Positions 62,554 to 64,000 of a stretch of 64,000 bases of DNA are shown here, one piece after another. The stretch is from Laetmonice hystrix (lineage: Eukaryota): assembly GCA_965235115.1 (NCBI GenBank), contig OZ249436.1, positions 5,768,001-5,832,000 on the forward strand, in the 5' to 3' direction. Numbering within the stretch: the first letter of the stretch is position 1; every line of letters starts with the position of its first letter. The notes below the pieces were generated by a model, which had not been told where the DNA came from, did no database searches, and was given only the letters and a program-made list of their open reading frames with translations. The position numbers and the translations under genes were made by a program.

Positions 62554-62719
62554 GCACCCAAAACGTATTCTCATCATATTAAAGCAGCTAAACTCACAGC
62601 TAAACTTACAATTACCCACTCTCACCAGCTGGTTTTACAATTCACCTCTCGCATGTTAGACATCCAGTAATTTTATATGACATGTAGATTCTTGTAGATC
62701 CACTTCCAGGTCAACTTAA

Positions 62720-63157
62720 AGCAATCAACGAGTATCTCGCATTTCAATGACTCCAAAATGCAGACATGGGCTGTTAGGTTAGATAAGGCCTTAGACTACA
62801 TAAATCAATAGATGTATACCCAGAGAAATGGAGAAATCTGATGAAAGTCAACATTCCAGATGTCTGTTGTCGCCATGAAGCGATCGTCTCATGGCTGGTT
62901 GTTGACCTGGCATTGACTTGAACAGGCAGTGAACTTTATCGGTTCATCGCCCGACGAATTTCATTGGCTGTTCAAGTCAATGCCAGGTCAACAACCAGCC
63001 ATGAGATGTTCGTTTCATGGCGACAACAGGCATCTGGAATATTAACTTTTTTGGTTAAACATTGATTTATGTAGTCTAAGGCCTTATCTAACATAACAGC
63101 CCATGTCTGCATTTTAGAGTACATTGTAATTGAAATGAAAGATACTCGCTGATTGCT
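62720..63157. mobile_element. Long foldback element (arms about 210 bp), Kolobok-like ends, TTAA TSD
   Basis: ttaa|agcaatca ... tgattgct|ttaa; arms complementary through most of their length, short loop near 62945. Confidence 0.88.
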
Positions 63158-64000
63158 TTAAGTACCAACTGCAATCGAAACCGCTTTTTATTGCTTAGAG
63201 TTTACAATGTTGTGTGAATATTTAATTGGGCATCATTTTCTCAATCATTGTACAGCACGATACCATTACATGTGTTGTAATTAACTTTCCTTATATTTAC
63301 TGGCGCCTTGGGTTGGAACGTGGTGTTCAATACGTAACCTTTGATTTGTTATAGGTGACCTTAGCCACCTTTATCACCAGATGGTAAGTACTGTGGTTCA
63401 TTTATCTCGTAATTAAATTATCGTTAAGCTTGATTCTTTTATTGTTAACCTCTATAAGGCTTGCAAAGTTGCCTCCTTAGTTCGGCCAAGTAGGTGGATT
63501 TTTCAGGACCCACATCTACAATAATTTATTTCGGGGACATGGTAATCTGAATAATATATAGAAAGGTACAGAGGTATGGGACATCATAATCTTACTTTCT
63601 CTAGAAACCTTCATACTTTACCAACGTGGTATTGATTCACGTCTCCAGAGATCCTATATATCCACCTCCTTGACTTCTCAAATACAACAGCAAAAACTGA
63701 ACAACAAAAAAACACGATATAATAAATAATCATTTTTCTCGTAAGTGTTACGGTCATTGTTTATATTTCTGGTCGCAGCAAACATTGACGCAGCATGAAT
63801 TTGATGTTGATTGAGAGGGAAGTGACAGCAAGTCGTTAAACACCCCGGCAAGTCATGGCCGGCCGAGATTAGTACCATGTACCGTGCTGGTACAACGTCA
63901 AATGGCCCGTGTAGCTCGTAGTCTAATGGACTAATAAAGACGGCGTGGTGTATGTATGAAGCAGGAATGATGCATGATCAGTCAGGTAGTGATGGATAGA

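Overview
Eukaryotic (invertebrate metazoan) genomic DNA; no prokaryotic gene architecture. The window holds the 3' part of one large + strand gene, the cohesin release factor WAPL (wings apart-like). I reconstructed 15 GT-AG coding exons from 11256 to the stop at 48743 (1998 nt, 665 aa plus stop, all splice phases consistent). The 5' part of the gene lies upstream or is unrecognised. The large introns hold most of the window's ~17 unrelated minisatellite arrays (about 19% of the window), several MITEs with terminal inverted repeats and target-site duplications, two SINE relics and degenerate retroelement fragments. Nearly all long ORFs in the track are artefacts of these repeats. I found no convincing novel protein-coding system. 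The most notable signals are: a 63-nt isolated WAPL exon with a variant (YNPRPWH) of the cohesin-binding YNARHWN motif; dense TALE-homeodomain (TGACAG, TGATTGACAG) motif clusters in a WAPL intron and downstream; CTCF-like sites in and after the gene; higher-order repeat structure (171 and 148 bp periods); and a minisatellite that has amplified the branch-point region of a WAPL acceptor. Homology statements rest on my recollection of protein and repeat families, not on database searches. Repeat boundaries are approximate.
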